From Candidatus Sericytochromatia bacterium (GTDB lineage: Bacteria; Cyanobacteriota; Sericytochromatia; S15B-MN24; JAQBPE01), in the NCBI GenBank assembly GCA_035285125.1, contig JAYKHR010000045.1:160001-224000 (forward strand): a stretch of 64,000 bases of DNA, read 5' to 3'. The translations under genes were made by a program, and so were the position numbers. Below, one piece after another: positions 27,311 to 37,861 of the stretch. The notes below the pieces were generated by a model. That model did not search any database, was not told the origin of the DNA, and saw nothing but the letters and a program-made list of their open reading frames with translations. Position 1 is the stretch's first letter, and each line of letters opens with the position of its first letter.

Positions 27311-29496
27311 CGCGAGGCCCCGGGGCTCGGCCCCTGCCGCAGCTTGGTCACGCGGTTGGCGCGGATCACGTCGCTCATCTTGCCGACGGTCGAGAGCACC
27401 CGCTGCAGGTGCGCCGTGTCGGAGATGTCGACGACGAGCGAGATCAGCGCAGCCTTGTTCTTCAGCGTGCGGATGCGCGCCGCCCGGATGTTGGTCTTCG
27501 CGTCCGCGATCTTGGCCGAGACGTCCTTGAGCAGCCCCACGCGGTCGATGAGTTCGATCTCGATCTCGACGGGGTACGTCGCCCCCGAGGCGGCCTGCGC
27601 CCACTCGACGGCCACGGTGCGGTCGGGATCCACCTGCGCCAGGTTCATGCAGTCCGCCGCGTGCACCGTGATTCCACGACCGCGCGTCACGGCCCCGCGC
27701 ACAGCCTCTCCCGGCAGCGGCATGCAGCACCGCGCCATGTTCACGAGCATCGAGTCGCTGCCGTCGATCAGGATGGCGTTCTTGCCGCGCGCGCCGTTCC
27801 GGTCCCGGAGGACCTCGCGAGGCGCCTCGGGCGGCAGCGCCGGAGCGGTCGGCTCCGGGCGCAGCCGATTGAGCACCTGCATCACGCCGAGCTCGCCATA
27901 GCCGATCGCCGCGAGCAGGTCGTCGACCGTTGGGCAGTTGAACTTCTGGGCCGTCTCCAGCGCCCTGTCGCTCCGGAGCAGCTGCTCCAGCCCGTTGCGC
28001 CCCACCTCGCGCTCGAGCGCCTCCCGGCCCAGCGCGATGTTCTCGTCGCGGTGCTCCTTCTTGTACCACTGACGGATGCGGTTTTTCGCAGATGTTGTGG
28101 CGACAATCTTGAGCCAGTCCCGGCTGGGCGAGGGCTTCTTGCTCGTGATGACCTCCACGATGTCGCCGTTGGCGAGGTGGGTGTCGAGCGGCACGATGCG
28201 GCCGTTGACCTTGGCCCCCACGCAGCGGTGGCCGACGTCGGTGTGGATGCGGTAGGCGAAGTCGAGGGGGGTGGCGTCGCGCGGCAGGTCGATGACGTCG
28301 CCGCGGGGGCTGAACACGAAGACCTCGTCCGCGAACAGGTCCTCCTTCACCGTCGTGAGGTACTCGTTGGCGTCCTTGAGGTCGTTCTGCCAGTCGAGCA
28401 TCTGCCGGAGCCACGTCAGCTTGGTGTCCAGGTCGGACAGCTCCTTGCCGCCCTCCTTGTAGCGCCAGTGCGCCGCGATGCCGTACTCCGCCACGCGGTG
28501 CATCTCGAAGGTGCGAATCTGGATCTCGACGGGGCTGCCCTTCGGCCCGATCACGGCCGTGTGGAGCGACTGGTAGAGGTTGGACTTCGGCATGGCGATG
28601 TAGTCCTTGAACCGCCCCGGGATTGGCTTCCAGAGCGAGTGGACCACGCCGAGCGTCTCGTAGCACTCCTTGAGGGAGTCCACCAGCACCCGCACCGCCG
28701 TGATGTCGTAGAGGTCCGTGAACTCCTTGTTCTGGCTCGTCATCTTCTGCCAGATCGAGTAAAAGTGCTTGGGGCGCCCGGACAGCTTGCACGTGACACC
28801 CAGCTTGCCGAGTTCGCCCTGCAGGTCTCCGACGATGCGCGCGATGATCGCCTCGCGCTCCTCTCGCTTGGCCGCCACCAGCTGAGAGAGGCGGTAATAT
28901 GCATCTGGATGCAGGTATCGCAGCGACCAGTCCTCCAGCTCGGCCTTGATGCGGCCGAGGCCGAGGCGGTGGGCCAGCGGGGCGAAGATTTCGAGCGTCT
29001 CGCGGGCGATTTCCTGCTGCTTATCCGGCTTCATATGCGCCAGCGTGCGCATGTTGTGAAGGCGATCCGCGAGCTTCAGGAGGATCACGCGGATGTCCTT
29101 GCCCATCGCGAGGAACATCCGACGGAAGTTCTCGGCCTGGCGCTCCTCCTTGCTGGAGAACGAGATCTTGCCGAGCTTGGTTACGCCCTCGACGAGGCGG
29201 CAGACCTCGGAGCCGAACTGCTTCTTGAGGTCGTCCGGCTCGATGTGGCAGTCCTCGAGCACGTCATGGAGCAACGCGGCGGCGACGGTCGCGCCATCGG
29301 CCTCAAGCCCCGCGAGGATCTTGGCGACCTCCACGGGGTGCATGATGTAGGGCTCGCCTGACTTCCGCGTCTGCCCGTCGTGCAGCCCCTCGGCGCAGGC
29401 GCAGGCGCGCTCGACGAGGGCCACGTCCTCCGGCTTCATGTAGCCGGAGACGGTCTTGAAGAGCCCTGATTTGTCGACGGAGGTCTCGCTGGCCAT
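27307..29496 (-). CDS. relA: Bifunctional (p)ppGpp synthetase/hydrolase (long RSH)
   Basis: HD domain (RKSGEPYIMHP, LLHDVLED, KLADRLHNMRT), synthetase (YQSLHT, EIQIRT), TGS and ACT domains. Confidence 0.97.
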   Translation of the reverse strand: MASETSVDKSGLFKTVSGYMKPEDVALVERACACAEGLHDGQTRKSGEPYIMHPVEVAKILAGLEADGATVAAALLHDVLEDCHIEPDDLKKQFGSEVCRLVEGVTKLGKISFSSKEERQAENFRRMFLAMGKDIRVILLKLADRLHNMRTLAHMKPDKQQEIARETLEIFAPLAHRLGLGRIKAELEDWSLRYLHPDAYYRLSQLVAAKREEREAIIARIVGDLQGELGKLGVTCKLSGRPKHFYSIWQKMTSQNKEFTDLYDITAVRVLVDSLKECYETLGVVHSLWKPIPGRFKDYIAMPKSNLYQSLHTAVIGPKGSPVEIQIRTFEMHRVAEYGIAAHWRYKEGGKELSDLDTKLTWLRQMLDWQNDLKDANEYLTTVKEDLFADEVFVFSPRGDVIDLPRDATPLDFAYRIHTDVGHRCVGAKVNGRIVPLDTHLANGDIVEVITSKKPSPSRDWLKIVATTSAKNRIRQWYKKEHRDENIALGREALEREVGRNGLEQLLRSDRALETAQKFNCPTVDDLLAAIGYGELGVMQVLNRLRPEPTAPALPPEAPREVLRDRNGARGKNAILIDGSDSMLVNMARCCMPLPGEAVRGAVTRGRGITVHAADCMNLAQVDPDRTVAVEWAQAASGATYPVEIEIELIDRVGLLKDVSAKIADAKTNIRAARIRTLKNKAALISLVVDISDTAHLQRVLSTVGKMSDVIRANRVTKLRQGPSPGASR

Positions 29497-29727
29497 GTGC
29501 CACGTGCGCGCCGCGCTCGTCCACTCGCCTGGACCCACTTCGTCGGGGGTGGGTCGCCGCCTGGCGGGGGGCGGGACCCGGCGGGGGCTCCGAGGAGCCG
29601 GAAGGTGAGGCCGGCCACGCCTTCCTCACCCCTAATCCTAGCAGAAATCCGCAGCGGACGTGCGTGACGGGCGGGAGTTCCAGCTGTCCTGGCGCTGCAA
29701 CCCCGCCCGGCCGTGCAGGTGCGGCTT

Positions 29728-30258
29728 CTAGTAGGTCAGCAGGGCGTGCACGTCCAGCCCTGGCAGCCGCTCGCGTCCGCCGAGGAAGGCCAGCTCGATC
29801 AGGAAGCTGACCCCCACGACGTGGCCCCCGAGGCGCTCGACCAGCGCCCGCGTGGCCGCCACCGTCCCGCCGGTGGCGAGCAGGTCGTCCACGATCAGCA
29901 CCCGATGGCCGGCCGCCAGCGCGTCGGCGTGGATCTCCAGCGTGCCGGAGCCGTACTCCAGCGCGTACGCGATGGCCTCGGTGCGGGCAGGCAGCTTGCC
30001 CGGCTTGCGCACGGGGATGAAGCCCTTGCCGAGGTGGTTCGCCAGCGGGGCGCCGACGAGGAAGCCCCGGGACTCGATGCCCACCACGTAGTCGACCGCC
30101 AGCGTCCGGTGGTGTGCCACCAGCCTGTCGATGGCCGCACTGAAGGCCGCGGCGTCCCGCAGCAGCGGCGAGATGTCCTTGAACACGATGCCCGGCTTGG
30201 GGAAGTCGGGGATGTCGCGGACGTAGGCGTCCAGGTCGAGCATCGGCGTGGTGGTCAT
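29728..30258 (-). CDS. apt: Adenine phosphoribosyltransferase
   Basis: [27 protein letters not shown] and [10 protein letters not shown]. Confidence 0.97.
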   Translation of the reverse strand: MTTTPMLDLDAYVRDIPDFPKPGIVFKDISPLLRDAAAFSAAIDRLVAHHRTLAVDYVVGIESRGFLVGAPLANHLGKGFIPVRKPGKLPARTEAIAYALEYGSGTLEIHADALAAGHRVLIVDDLLATGGTVAATRALVERLGGHVVGVSFLIELAFLGGRERLPGLDVHALLTY

Positions 30259-30305
30259 CGCGGCTCCTTTCTGGGAGGGGACGCGACGATGATACACGAT
30301 GCGCG

Positions 30306-32027
30306 TCAGGCGTCGGCAGCGGGTCCGACGGCCAGGACCTTCAGGGTGAGACGGTTCTGGCCCTGCCAGCGCTCGGCCACGGGCTGGTAGACCAGATCGA
30401 CGGGCCCCTCCGGCAGCGGATGGCGCTTTCCCTGGCCGAAGGCGATCGCGGCTGCCTGGCCCGTCTGGTCGGCCACCTCGAGCCAGAGGTGCTCGTCCTC
30501 GGGGCCCCGCCGCTCCTGACGCAGCACGGTGGCCCCGCGCAGCCCGAAGGTGGGGCCAGGGTTCTCCGGGCCCGTCGGCTCCAGCGCCTGCAGGCTGGCC
30601 ACCGCCTCGAAGCCGAGCGCCGAGAGCGGCGGCTCAGCATCGACCTCCCAGACCTTGGTGTAGCTCACCGGCGCCGTCAGGCGCACCGCCACCTCTGCCT
30701 GGAAGATCGCGCAGAAGAACTCGAAGTCCTCGGGGGCGACGGACAGCCCCACCGCGTTCGCGTGGCCCCCGAACCGCCCGAGCACCTTTCCGACGGCCTC
30801 CAGCGTGGCGTGAAGGTCGTGGCCGGACACGCTGCGGCCCGAGCCACGCAGGTGGCCGTTGTCTTCGGGGGCGAACAGCAGCGTCGGGCGCCTGAAGCGC
30901 TCGGCGAGCCTGGAGGCGACGATGCCGAGCACGCCGTGGTGCCAGCCCGCGTCCGCCAGGATGATCGCGGGGCCGCCGGGCATGTCGCCGCCAGCCACCC
31001 GGGCGATGGCCTCGGCCTCGATGGCGAGGGAGAGCAGCCGGCGCTCCTGGTTCAGCCGCTCCAGCTGGTCCGCCATCTGCCGGGCGGGGGCGTCGTCGTG
31101 GGCCAGCAGCAGCTCCAGGGCCAGCCTCGGGTGCGCCATGCGGCCTGCGGCGTTGATGCGCGGGATGACCCGCTGGGAGAGCAGCTCCGAGAGGTTCGCG
31201 GCCTTCAGGTTGCAGCGGGCGGCCCGGGCGAGTGCCGCGACGCCCCGGCGGGGTGACCGGCTGATGCGGGCGAGACCCTGCCTCACGAGCCGGCGGTTCT
31301 CGTCGACCAGGGGGGCCTGGTCCCCCAGCGTGCCGAGCGCGACGAGGTCCAGCAGGTGCCGGGCGTCGGGCTCGCGCGGGGGCAGGGCGTGGTCCAGGCT
31401 GCGGGCCAGCGCGTAAGCCACGCCGACGCCCGCGAGCGGGGCCAGCCCGCCCGGGTCGGCCATTAGCCAGGGGTTCACGATCACGGTGGCATTCGGGAGC
31501 GACGCCCCCGGCCGGTGGTGGTCCGTGATGATCACGTCGAGCCCCAGGCTGCGCGCGAAGGCGATCTGCTCGTGGCTGGAGATGCCGTTGTCGACGGTCA
31601 CCAGCACGCGGGTGCCCTGGTCGGCGAGGCCCTGGATGGTCGTGGCGTTGAGCCCGTAGCCCTCGACCAGGCGGTGGGGCAGGAAGTGGTCGACCACGGC
31701 ATCGTGGTGCTCGAGGGCGCGCACCAGCAGCGAGGTGGAGGCGATGCCGTCGATGTCGTAGTCTCCGCACACCGTGATGCGCTCGCGCCGGGCGATCGCC
31801 CCCAGCAACAGGGTCACGGCCTCTGGCACGCCTGGCAACGCGCCGTAGTCCGGCTCCCGCGTGGACGGCGGGGCGAGGAAGGTCGTCAGCGCGGGACCCG
31901 GGCGCCACCCCCGCGCGGCCAGCACCTGCGCGAGCAGGCGGGAGGTGCCCGGCATCGCCTCGAGCGCAGCCAGGGCGTCGGGTTCGGGCTGGCGCACGCG
32001 CCATTCGATCCGGGCGGGGTGGGGCAA
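30306..32027 (-). CDS. recJ: ssDNA-specific exonuclease RecJ
   Basis: [34 protein letters not shown] and FGGH. No extended C-terminal domain. Confidence 0.95.
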   Translation of the reverse strand: MPHPARIEWRVRQPEPDALAALEAMPGTSRLLAQVLAARGWRPGPALTTFLAPPSTREPDYGALPGVPEAVTLLLGAIARRERITVCGDYDIDGIASTSLLVRALEHHDAVVDHFLPHRLVEGYGLNATTIQGLADQGTRVLVTVDNGISSHEQIAFARSLGLDVIITDHHRPGASLPNATVIVNPWLMADPGGLAPLAGVGVAYALARSLDHALPPREPDARHLLDLVALGTLGDQAPLVDENRRLVRQGLARISRSPRRGVAALARAARCNLKAANLSELLSQRVIPRINAAGRMAHPRLALELLLAHDDAPARQMADQLERLNQERRLLSLAIEAEAIARVAGGDMPGGPAIILADAGWHHGVLGIVASRLAERFRRPTLLFAPEDNGHLRGSGRSVSGHDLHATLEAVGKVLGRFGGHANAVGLSVAPEDFEFFCAIFQAEVAVRLTAPVSYTKVWEVDAEPPLSALGFEAVASLQALEPTGPENPGPTFGLRGATVLRQERRGPEDEHLWLEVADQTGQAAAIAFGQGKRHPLPEGPVDLVYQPVAERWQGQNRLTLKVLAVGPAADA

Positions 32028-32116
32028 GCGTGGCTCCAGTCAGCGGCAGGACCGCTATTGTACCCCCGCGAGGGGCTCCGTTTGCCTCCCGGGAGGTGAC
32101 GGCGTAACATGGCGCC

Positions 32117-33295
32117 ATGCGAACGTGCACGCGCCCGGGGCGGCTCGCCGGCGGCTGTCTGCTCGGCCTGATGCTGCTCGGCGGCCTCCCCGCCGGAGCG
32201 GCCGAGGACGTTTGGGGCGAGGCCCGCCAGGCCTACAGGGAGGGCCGGCATGAGGCCGCCCTCCCGCTGCTGGAGCGCCTCGCCGCCGAGCACCCGAAGG
32301 ACCGGGAGGCCCACTACTACCTGGCGCTCGTGTGCTGGCGCCTCGGGCGCCACCAGGCCGCGGCGGTGGCCTGGCACCGCGTGCAGGAGCTCGACCCGGC
32401 CGGGCCCTTCGGGCGGGATGCCGAGATGTGGCTGGCGACCTTCGGCGAGCTGGCGTTGCCGGGCCAGGGGCTGGCCCCGGCCGCCCTCGGTCCCTCGCCC
32501 GCAGCGTCGGGCCCGCCGGCGGCCTCAGCTGCGCCGGCAGCCTCGCATGGCGCGCTGTCGGCCTCGCCGGTCACCTCCGGGCAGGCTGCCCTGCCCCCGC
32601 CGGCCACCTCCCCGCCGGCGGTCCTGCCGTTGCCCTCACCGTCTACCTCTGCACCGGCGGTGCAACCATCGCCGGCATCGGCTGTCCTGGCTTCGCCTTC
32701 GGCTGCCCGGCCGACGCCTGTGCCTGCCCTGCCGACGCCGGCCCGGGCCACCGCCACCCCGCCCCCCCGCACCCCGTGGCTCGCGGCGGAGGCGCCCGGC
32801 GCCGGCCCGCGGGCGCGCTCCCGCAACGCCCGCCCGGGCTGGTTCAAGGCCCTCGACGGCACCTTCGAGTTCGTGCCGCCGGCGGGTTTCGTGCTGCTCG
32901 ACGAGGGCGATGAGCGGGGCGAGCGCCGGGCGTTGTTCGGCCCCGGCAGTGCGCTGGCGGCCCCAGGTGGGACGGAGCAGCCGCCGACCCTGCTGCTTGT
33001 CTGGCGGGACGTCCCCGACCTCGCGCGCTTCAAGCCCGACCAGCGGGTGGCGCGGGCCCGCCAGCTGCTGCTGGCCGAGGCGGTGACGTACGGTCCTGGC
33101 ATCAAGCTGGAGGGGCGCTTCGGGGTGCAGGCCGCCCACGTCGCCCAGCGCCAGGGCAGCTGGGCCGCCGACACCTGGCTCTTCTTTCAGGACGACCGGC
33201 TCTATGCCATCACCTTCGGGGGCGAGGCCCGGCTGCTGCCGCCTCACCAGGCCGCGATTGCACGGAGCCTGGGGACGCTCGTCTTCAACCCGTGA
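32117..33295 (+). CDS. Exported TPR protein with Pro/Ala/Ser linker and PsbP-like C-terminal domain
   Basis: Signal peptide and TPR pattern (EAHYYLALVCWRLGRHQAA..QELDP). The C-terminal fold is a guess. Confidence 0.75.
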   Translation: MRTCTRPGRLAGGCLLGLMLLGGLPAGAAEDVWGEARQAYREGRHEAALPLLERLAAEHPKDREAHYYLALVCWRLGRHQAAAVAWHRVQELDPAGPFGRDAEMWLATFGELALPGQGLAPAALGPSPAASGPPAASAAPAASHGALSASPVTSGQAALPPPATSPPAVLPLPSPSTSAPAVQPSPASAVLASPSAARPTPVPALPTPARATATPPPRTPWLAAEAPGAGPRARSRNARPGWFKALDGTFEFVPPAGFVLLDEGDERGERRALFGPGSALAAPGGTEQPPTLLLVWRDVPDLARFKPDQRVARARQLLLAEAVTYGPGIKLEGRFGVQAAHVAQRQGSWAADTWLFFQDDRLYAITFGGEARLLPPHQAAIARSLGTLVFNP

Positions 33296-33607
33296 GCCGG
33301 CGGGCTTCAGCGGGCTCGGCATGGGGCCCGGGGCGCAGGCAACCCGGGAGGGCCAGGGGGCGCTGCGCGGGCTGGGCCGGCCGCTCGACGGCGTTGGGTC
33401 GCAGGGGGGTCAAGGAGGCGGGGCCGGGACGACGGGGGGTGGGCATGGAGACCATGGTGCCCCGCGGCGAGCCCCGGGCGCGAGGACCCTCGACACACCC
33501 CCGGCGTGATCTGCCGCACGGGCGGGTATGAGGAGAAAAGCGGCCGGGCCGCTGCGCCCGGTGAGCCCGGGCGGCCCTGACGAGCGGCGGGTGAGCCCGC
33601 AGGTGCG

Positions 33608-34642
33608 TTGAGCGAGGATCGAGCCCAGCGACAGGGGGATCAGCTCCAGCTGAACACCACGAAGCCCCTCCCGGGCACCGGTCGGCTCCCGCAGCCCCCG
33701 GCCTCGGGCCCCCTCGCGCGGCCGGGCACGGCCCCGCTGGTCGACGAGGCGGTCTTCAAGGCGTCACTGGAGACCACGGTGGCACGGGTCTCCAAGCACG
33801 TCCAGGCGCTCGAGCAACGGATGGAGCTGCTCGTCCATTCCCTGCAGGCTGTCCAGATGCCGATCCCGGGCGTCGAGGCGTGGACCCACAAGCACGCCCT
33901 CTCGCCGCAGGGCAAGAAGATCATCGCGTACCTCGAGAAGATCGCCGTGATGAAGCCGGACCTGGCGCGCCAGATGCAGGTGGCCGTCTTCCGCTTCCAC
34001 GACGCGGCCCAGGCCGTTACGGGTGCCCGGCGGGCGATGCGCGAGGGGCGGGCGGGCCCGCAGACGCTCGAGGAGGTGAAGCGCAAGTTCTACCCCCTCA
34101 CCATCTTGCACCTCGAGTTCCGCCACGACCACCTGCTCGGCCAGATGTTCCCGCCGCCCGAGGAGCCTCGCCAGCGCGCCCCGGGCACGGGCGCGCTGCA
34201 GGCCCGCGGCACGGGCGTGCTGAACCCGCAGGACAGCGCCACGCGGTACGCGGCCATGCGCCAGGCCACCTGGCAGCGCGGGGAGGCCGTCATCCAGCAC
34301 CTCGCGCCCGGCATGGCGGAGGTGCGGCGCCTGCTCGAGTTGCAACGGCCCGTCGTCGGGACGGGGTTGCTCGACATCTTCAACCCGCAGTCCAAGCGCG
34401 CCCGCCTGCTCGCCGCCCGCCTCAAGGACGATCCCCGCGCCACCCAGCACGCCGAGACGGCCCTGCGCATCTTCGGCGAGCTCAAGGAGGCCGTGCTGGA
34501 GGTCAAGAAGGGCGCCAAGCCCGAGCCGCTCGCCGAGCAGCTGGAGTACCTGGCGACGATGCTCGGCGTCTGGCACCAGCACCCCGTGCTCAAGGACTTC
34601 TTCCCGGCTCTCAACCGCCAGCTCTTCTTTCCACCGCGCTGA
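33608..34642 (+). CDS. Hypothetical protein with GTGxL motifs and a duplicated helical domain
   Basis: Long ORF with coding-style codon use. TTG start follows AGGTG. Confidence 0.75.
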   Translation: MSEDRAQRQGDQLQLNTTKPLPGTGRLPQPPASGPLARPGTAPLVDEAVFKASLETTVARVSKHVQALEQRMELLVHSLQAVQMPIPGVEAWTHKHALSPQGKKIIAYLEKIAVMKPDLARQMQVAVFRFHDAAQAVTGARRAMREGRAGPQTLEEVKRKFYPLTILHLEFRHDHLLGQMFPPPEEPRQRAPGTGALQARGTGVLNPQDSATRYAAMRQATWQRGEAVIQHLAPGMAEVRRLLELQRPVVGTGLLDIFNPQSKRARLLAARLKDDPRATQHAETALRIFGELKEAVLEVKKGAKPEPLAEQLEYLATMLGVWHQHPVLKDFFPALNRQLFFPPR

Positions 34643-34692
34643 GGGGGCCGGGTTGCCCGTCGGGGGGCAAGGGGCTATGATGAAGCACCGCT

Positions 34693-34773
34693 GCCCGAGT
34701 GGCGGAATGGCAGACGCAGTCGACTCAAAATCGACCGCCGCAAGGCGTGCCGGTTCGACCCCGGCCTCGGGCA
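34693..34773 (+). tRNA. tRNA-Leu(CAA)
   Basis: Acceptor GCCCGAG/CTCGGGC-A, anticodon arm GTCGA-CTCAAAA-TCGAC, long variable arm, T arm GCCGG-TTCGACC-CCGGC. CCA is not encoded (CCT). Confidence 0.97.
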
Positions 34774-34778
34774 CCTTG

Positions 34779-34813
34779 GCTCCTCACCTGGATTTCCGGG
34801 TGGGGGGCTTTTT
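34779..34813 (+). terminator. Rho-independent terminator after the tRNA
   Basis: GC-rich hairpin GCTCCTCACCTGGA..TCCGGGTGGGGGGC followed by TTTTT. Confidence 0.75.
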
Positions 34814-34895
34814 GGTGGCGTCGGGGGTGGAGCGGGTTACGCCCCGCCGGGGCTTGCCGCGCGTCGGGGCCTCGGGCTGGTGGCGGCCGCCCCCC

Positions 34896-35459
34896 TCAGA
34901 ACACCACCCCGAGTTCCCCCTCCGCGCACCCGTGGCAGACCACCTCGTCTCCCACCGTGAGGCAGCGCCCCGGCCCGAAGCCCTCGCCGCAGCGGCTGCA
35001 GACCACGTGGCGGGCGCGCAGCGCCTCGAAGCCCTCCGCCAGCAGCGTGCGCAGGGCCGACCCGCGCAGCTTGGCGAAGGGCTCCCGGCGCCACAGGCTC
35101 GCGACGAGGGCGGGCCCGCCGTAGCCCGTGGTCCACGCGATCGCCGGCAACCGGACCTCCAGCGCCTCCTCCGTCACCACGAGCGAGAGGAAGGCCAGCT
35201 CCTCACCGCCCCAGTCGAGCCCCACGGGGACGTCGGCCTGGAAGACGTCCCGCGTCCGCCAGCGCGGGAGCCTCGTCCAGAACGCCGGGTCGAAGGGCCG
35301 GCGCCCGTCGACGGCGGCCTCGCCCGTGCGCGCGAGCGCCACCTCGCCGCAGGCCATCAGGGCTTCGCGGGCCCGCTGCTCGAGCCCCGTCAGGGCCTCG
35401 GCGGGGAACTGGCTGTGGGGGTCGAGCAGCTGCTTCCAGGCGTGGTCGTCGTCGGTCAT
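34896..35459 (-). CDS. Hypothetical protein with C-terminal Zn ribbon (CxxC...CxxC)
   Basis: CSRCGE...VCHGCAEGELGVVF. ATG 35459 is preceded by a -10-like TATGAC. Confidence 0.65.
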   Translation of the reverse strand: MTDDDHAWKQLLDPHSQFPAEALTGLEQRAREALMACGEVALARTGEAAVDGRRPFDPAFWTRLPRWRTRDVFQADVPVGLDWGGEELAFLSLVVTEEALEVRLPAIAWTTGYGGPALVASLWRREPFAKLRGSALRTLLAEGFEALRARHVVCSRCGEGFGPGRCLTVGDEVVCHGCAEGELGVVF

Positions 35460-35610
35460 GGGGGTGTCATACCCGGGGGGCAGCGTTGCCCAGTCGGGGA
35501 GAGACCTGTACGCTGAATGGCCTGCAGCCACCGGTTCGGGGCTGTCAGGGAGATGCCGGCGCATCTTGCGCCTCAACGACCCTGACCGAAGCCTGGACAC
35601 CTTTCCTTCC

Positions 35611-36978
35611 ATGTCTCTCGTTCAGTTCGCCTCCCTCTGGAACCTCACGGCCGTCGGCATCGTGCTGGGGCTCTCCTTGCTCTTGCGGCGGCGCATCCCG
35701 GCGGCTCCGCACTTCGAGACCTGGTGCCGCTCCTACGCCTGCGTCTTTGCCAGCATCGCTTGTGAGCTGCTGGCCTCCCTGGTGGGGAGGTCCTGGCTGC
35801 TCAACGCCGCGGAGGTGGCGATCGTGGGCGTGAACATCACCCTGCTGATGCAGATGGTCTCGCAGCTGCCGTTGCCCGTCGTCGTCTCGCGCGCCGTGCT
35901 GGGCCTGCCGGGCGTGGCCGTGCTGGGGAGCCTGGGCGCGATGGCCCTCGGACAGCCCTTCCCCGTGGCCGCGGCGCCCATGATGCTGGGGTTGAGCGCC
36001 TCGGCCGTCTGGGTGGGGTGCACCCTGACGCGCCAGCCTCGGCACCTCGGCCAGGGGAGCCTGCGCTGGGTCGGCTGGCCGCTCATCGCGGCGGGGCTCC
36101 TCCCCCTCGCCTTTCCCGTCATCGGGGACACGGGGGGCGCCTGGCTGGGGTACTGGGCGGGCGGCGTGCTGCACCTCGTCGTGGGCATCGGCATGGGCTT
36201 GGCCACGCTGGAGCGGTTCGAGGCCGAGCTGCAGGCCACCACCGAGGAGCTTCGTGCGCAGCAAGCCAAGCTGCGGGAGCTCGACCGGCTGAAGTCGGCC
36301 TTCGTGGGCAGCGTCAGCCACGAGCTTCGCACCCCGCAGGCCGCGATCAAGGCCGCTGCCTGGCTCGGCCTGCAAGACGCGCAGGCTGGCAAGCAGGTGC
36401 TGGGCGAGACGATCGTGGCCCAGACCGACGTGCTGGCGCGCCTCGTCGGCGACCTGCTGATCTACTCCCGCATCGAGTCGGGCGAGATGACCCACGACCG
36501 CGACCCGGTGGACGTCCGCCAGCTGGCCGAGGAGGTGCTCGACGGCCTCGAGCCTCTCTACCAGCAGAAGGGCCTCGCGCTGGTGCGCAGGCTGCCCGAA
36601 GGCCCCCTGCCCGCGCTGCTCGACGCGCCGCAGATCGCGCAGGTGCTGCGCAACCTGCTGGTGAACGCGCACAGCTTCACGCCGGTGGGGGGGCGCGTGG
36701 AGGCCCGGCTGGACGAGGTGGAGGACCATGTCCGGCTGGTCGTGGCGGACACCGGCGTCGGCATCCCCCCGGTCCACCACGCCGCCATCTTCGAGCGCTT
36801 CCATCAGGTGGACGGCACCACCAGCCGCCGCGTTGGCGGCACGGGCCTGGGGCTCGCCATCTGCCAGGCGAGGCGGCACCATCGGGGTCGAGAGCGCCGT
36901 CGGGGCGGGCAGCACCTTCACCGTGCTGCTCCCCTTGGAGCCGGCTGCCCTGCCCCACCCCCGCTCGCGCCCGCCTGA
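35611..36978 (+). pseudogene. Multi-TM sensor histidine kinase frameshifted after the G2 box
   Basis: About 7 TM helices, VSHELRTP, N, G1 and G2 boxes. After GLGLAICQA the expected GGTIGVESAVGAGSTFTVLLP continues in another frame. Confidence 0.75.
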
Positions 36979-37005
36979 GCGGGGGCGAGTGGCAGCTGCG
37001 CCCCG

Positions 37006-37422
37006 TCAGGCCCCCCGCCCGACGCCCAACTCTTCCACCAACCCGGCCACCCGCGCCCGGATCGCGTCGCGGATGGCGCGGACCTGCTCGATGCCTTGCC
37101 CCTTGGGGTCGTCGAGGCCCCAGTCCTCCAGCGGGCCGAGGACGGCCGGGCAGGCCAGGCTGACGCCACAGCCCATCGAGATGGCGCGATCGCCGGGCGC
37201 GAGGGCCTCTACCTCGGCCAGCTTCGGGTGGTGGCCCTCCCCGACGAGGTCGATGCCGAGCTCCCGCATCACCGCCAGCACCGTGGGGTTCATCTCCGTG
37301 GCCGGCTCCGTGCCGCCAGAAAGGGCGCGGGCGCGGGCAGGGTCCGCGAGCCGGTTGAAGAAGGCCTCCGCCATCTGGGAGCGGCCCGTGTTGTGGACGC
37401 AGGCGAACAGGACGTGGCGCAT
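37006..37422 (-). CDS. arsC: Arsenate reductase, LMW-PTP (thioredoxin-coupled) type
   Basis: FACVHNTGRSQMAE P-loop, MGC...ACP and DWGLDDP. Next to arsR-acr3. Confidence 0.9.
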   Translation of the reverse strand: MRHVLFACVHNTGRSQMAEAFFNRLADPARARALSGGTEPATEMNPTVLAVMRELGIDLVGEGHHPKLAEVEALAPGDRAISMGCGVSLACPAVLGPLEDWGLDDPKGQGIEQVRAIRDAIRARVAGLVEELGVGRGA

Positions 37423-37447
37423 GGGTTCCTCGTGGCGGGGTTGACGT

Positions 37448-37481
37448 ATCGACTTTTTTCAATAGATTGAAGTTGGTCGAT
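37448..37481. promoter_or_regulatory. 16-2-16 imperfect inverted repeat, candidate ArsR operator in the divergent promoter
   Basis: ATCGACTTTTTTCAAT-AG-ATTGAAGTTGGTCGAT, overlapping a TTGACG -35 and a TAGATT -10. Confidence 0.75.
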
Positions 37482-37521
37482 GATTTGCCCCGCGTCAACG
37501 GGGCGTGGAGCAGGAGGTCCG

Positions 37522-37857
37522 ATGTCCCAGGCTGGTGGCGTAACCCCTGAAGACTGTTGCAGCATCCCGCTTGCGGCGGCGTATCCGCCCGACCTGGCCG
37601 AGCGGGCCCGGCGGCACAGGGCGCTCGGCGATGTCGGCCGGCTGAAGGTGCTCTACCTCGTGCGCGACCGCGAGGTCTGCGTGTGCGACCTCGTGGCCGC
37701 CCTGGGCATCCCCCAGGGCACGCTCTCGCACCACCTCGCCGTGCTGCAGCGAGCGGGGCTCGTCCGGGCGCGGCGGCAAGGGCGCTGGAACTACTACCAG
37801 GCGACGGACCTGGCCCTCGGGTGGCTCCCGCCTGCCCTGGCGATGCGGAGGGCCTGA
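37522..37857 (+). CDS. arsR: Arsenite-responsive ArsR repressor
   Basis: EVCVCDL metal-binding box, N-terminal CC pair, SHHLAVL. AGGAGG RBS. Confidence 0.93.
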   Translation: MSQAGGVTPEDCCSIPLAAAYPPDLAERARRHRALGDVGRLKVLYLVRDREVCVCDLVAALGIPQGTLSHHLAVLQRAGLVRARRQGRWNYYQATDLALGWLPPALAMRRA

Positions 37858-37861
37858 GGCC

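Noticed and set aside
26711..28792. 693-aa ORF suggesting a long RdgB fusion
   Set aside because: The upstream part is an off-frame overlap with rel. The real start is ATG 27310.
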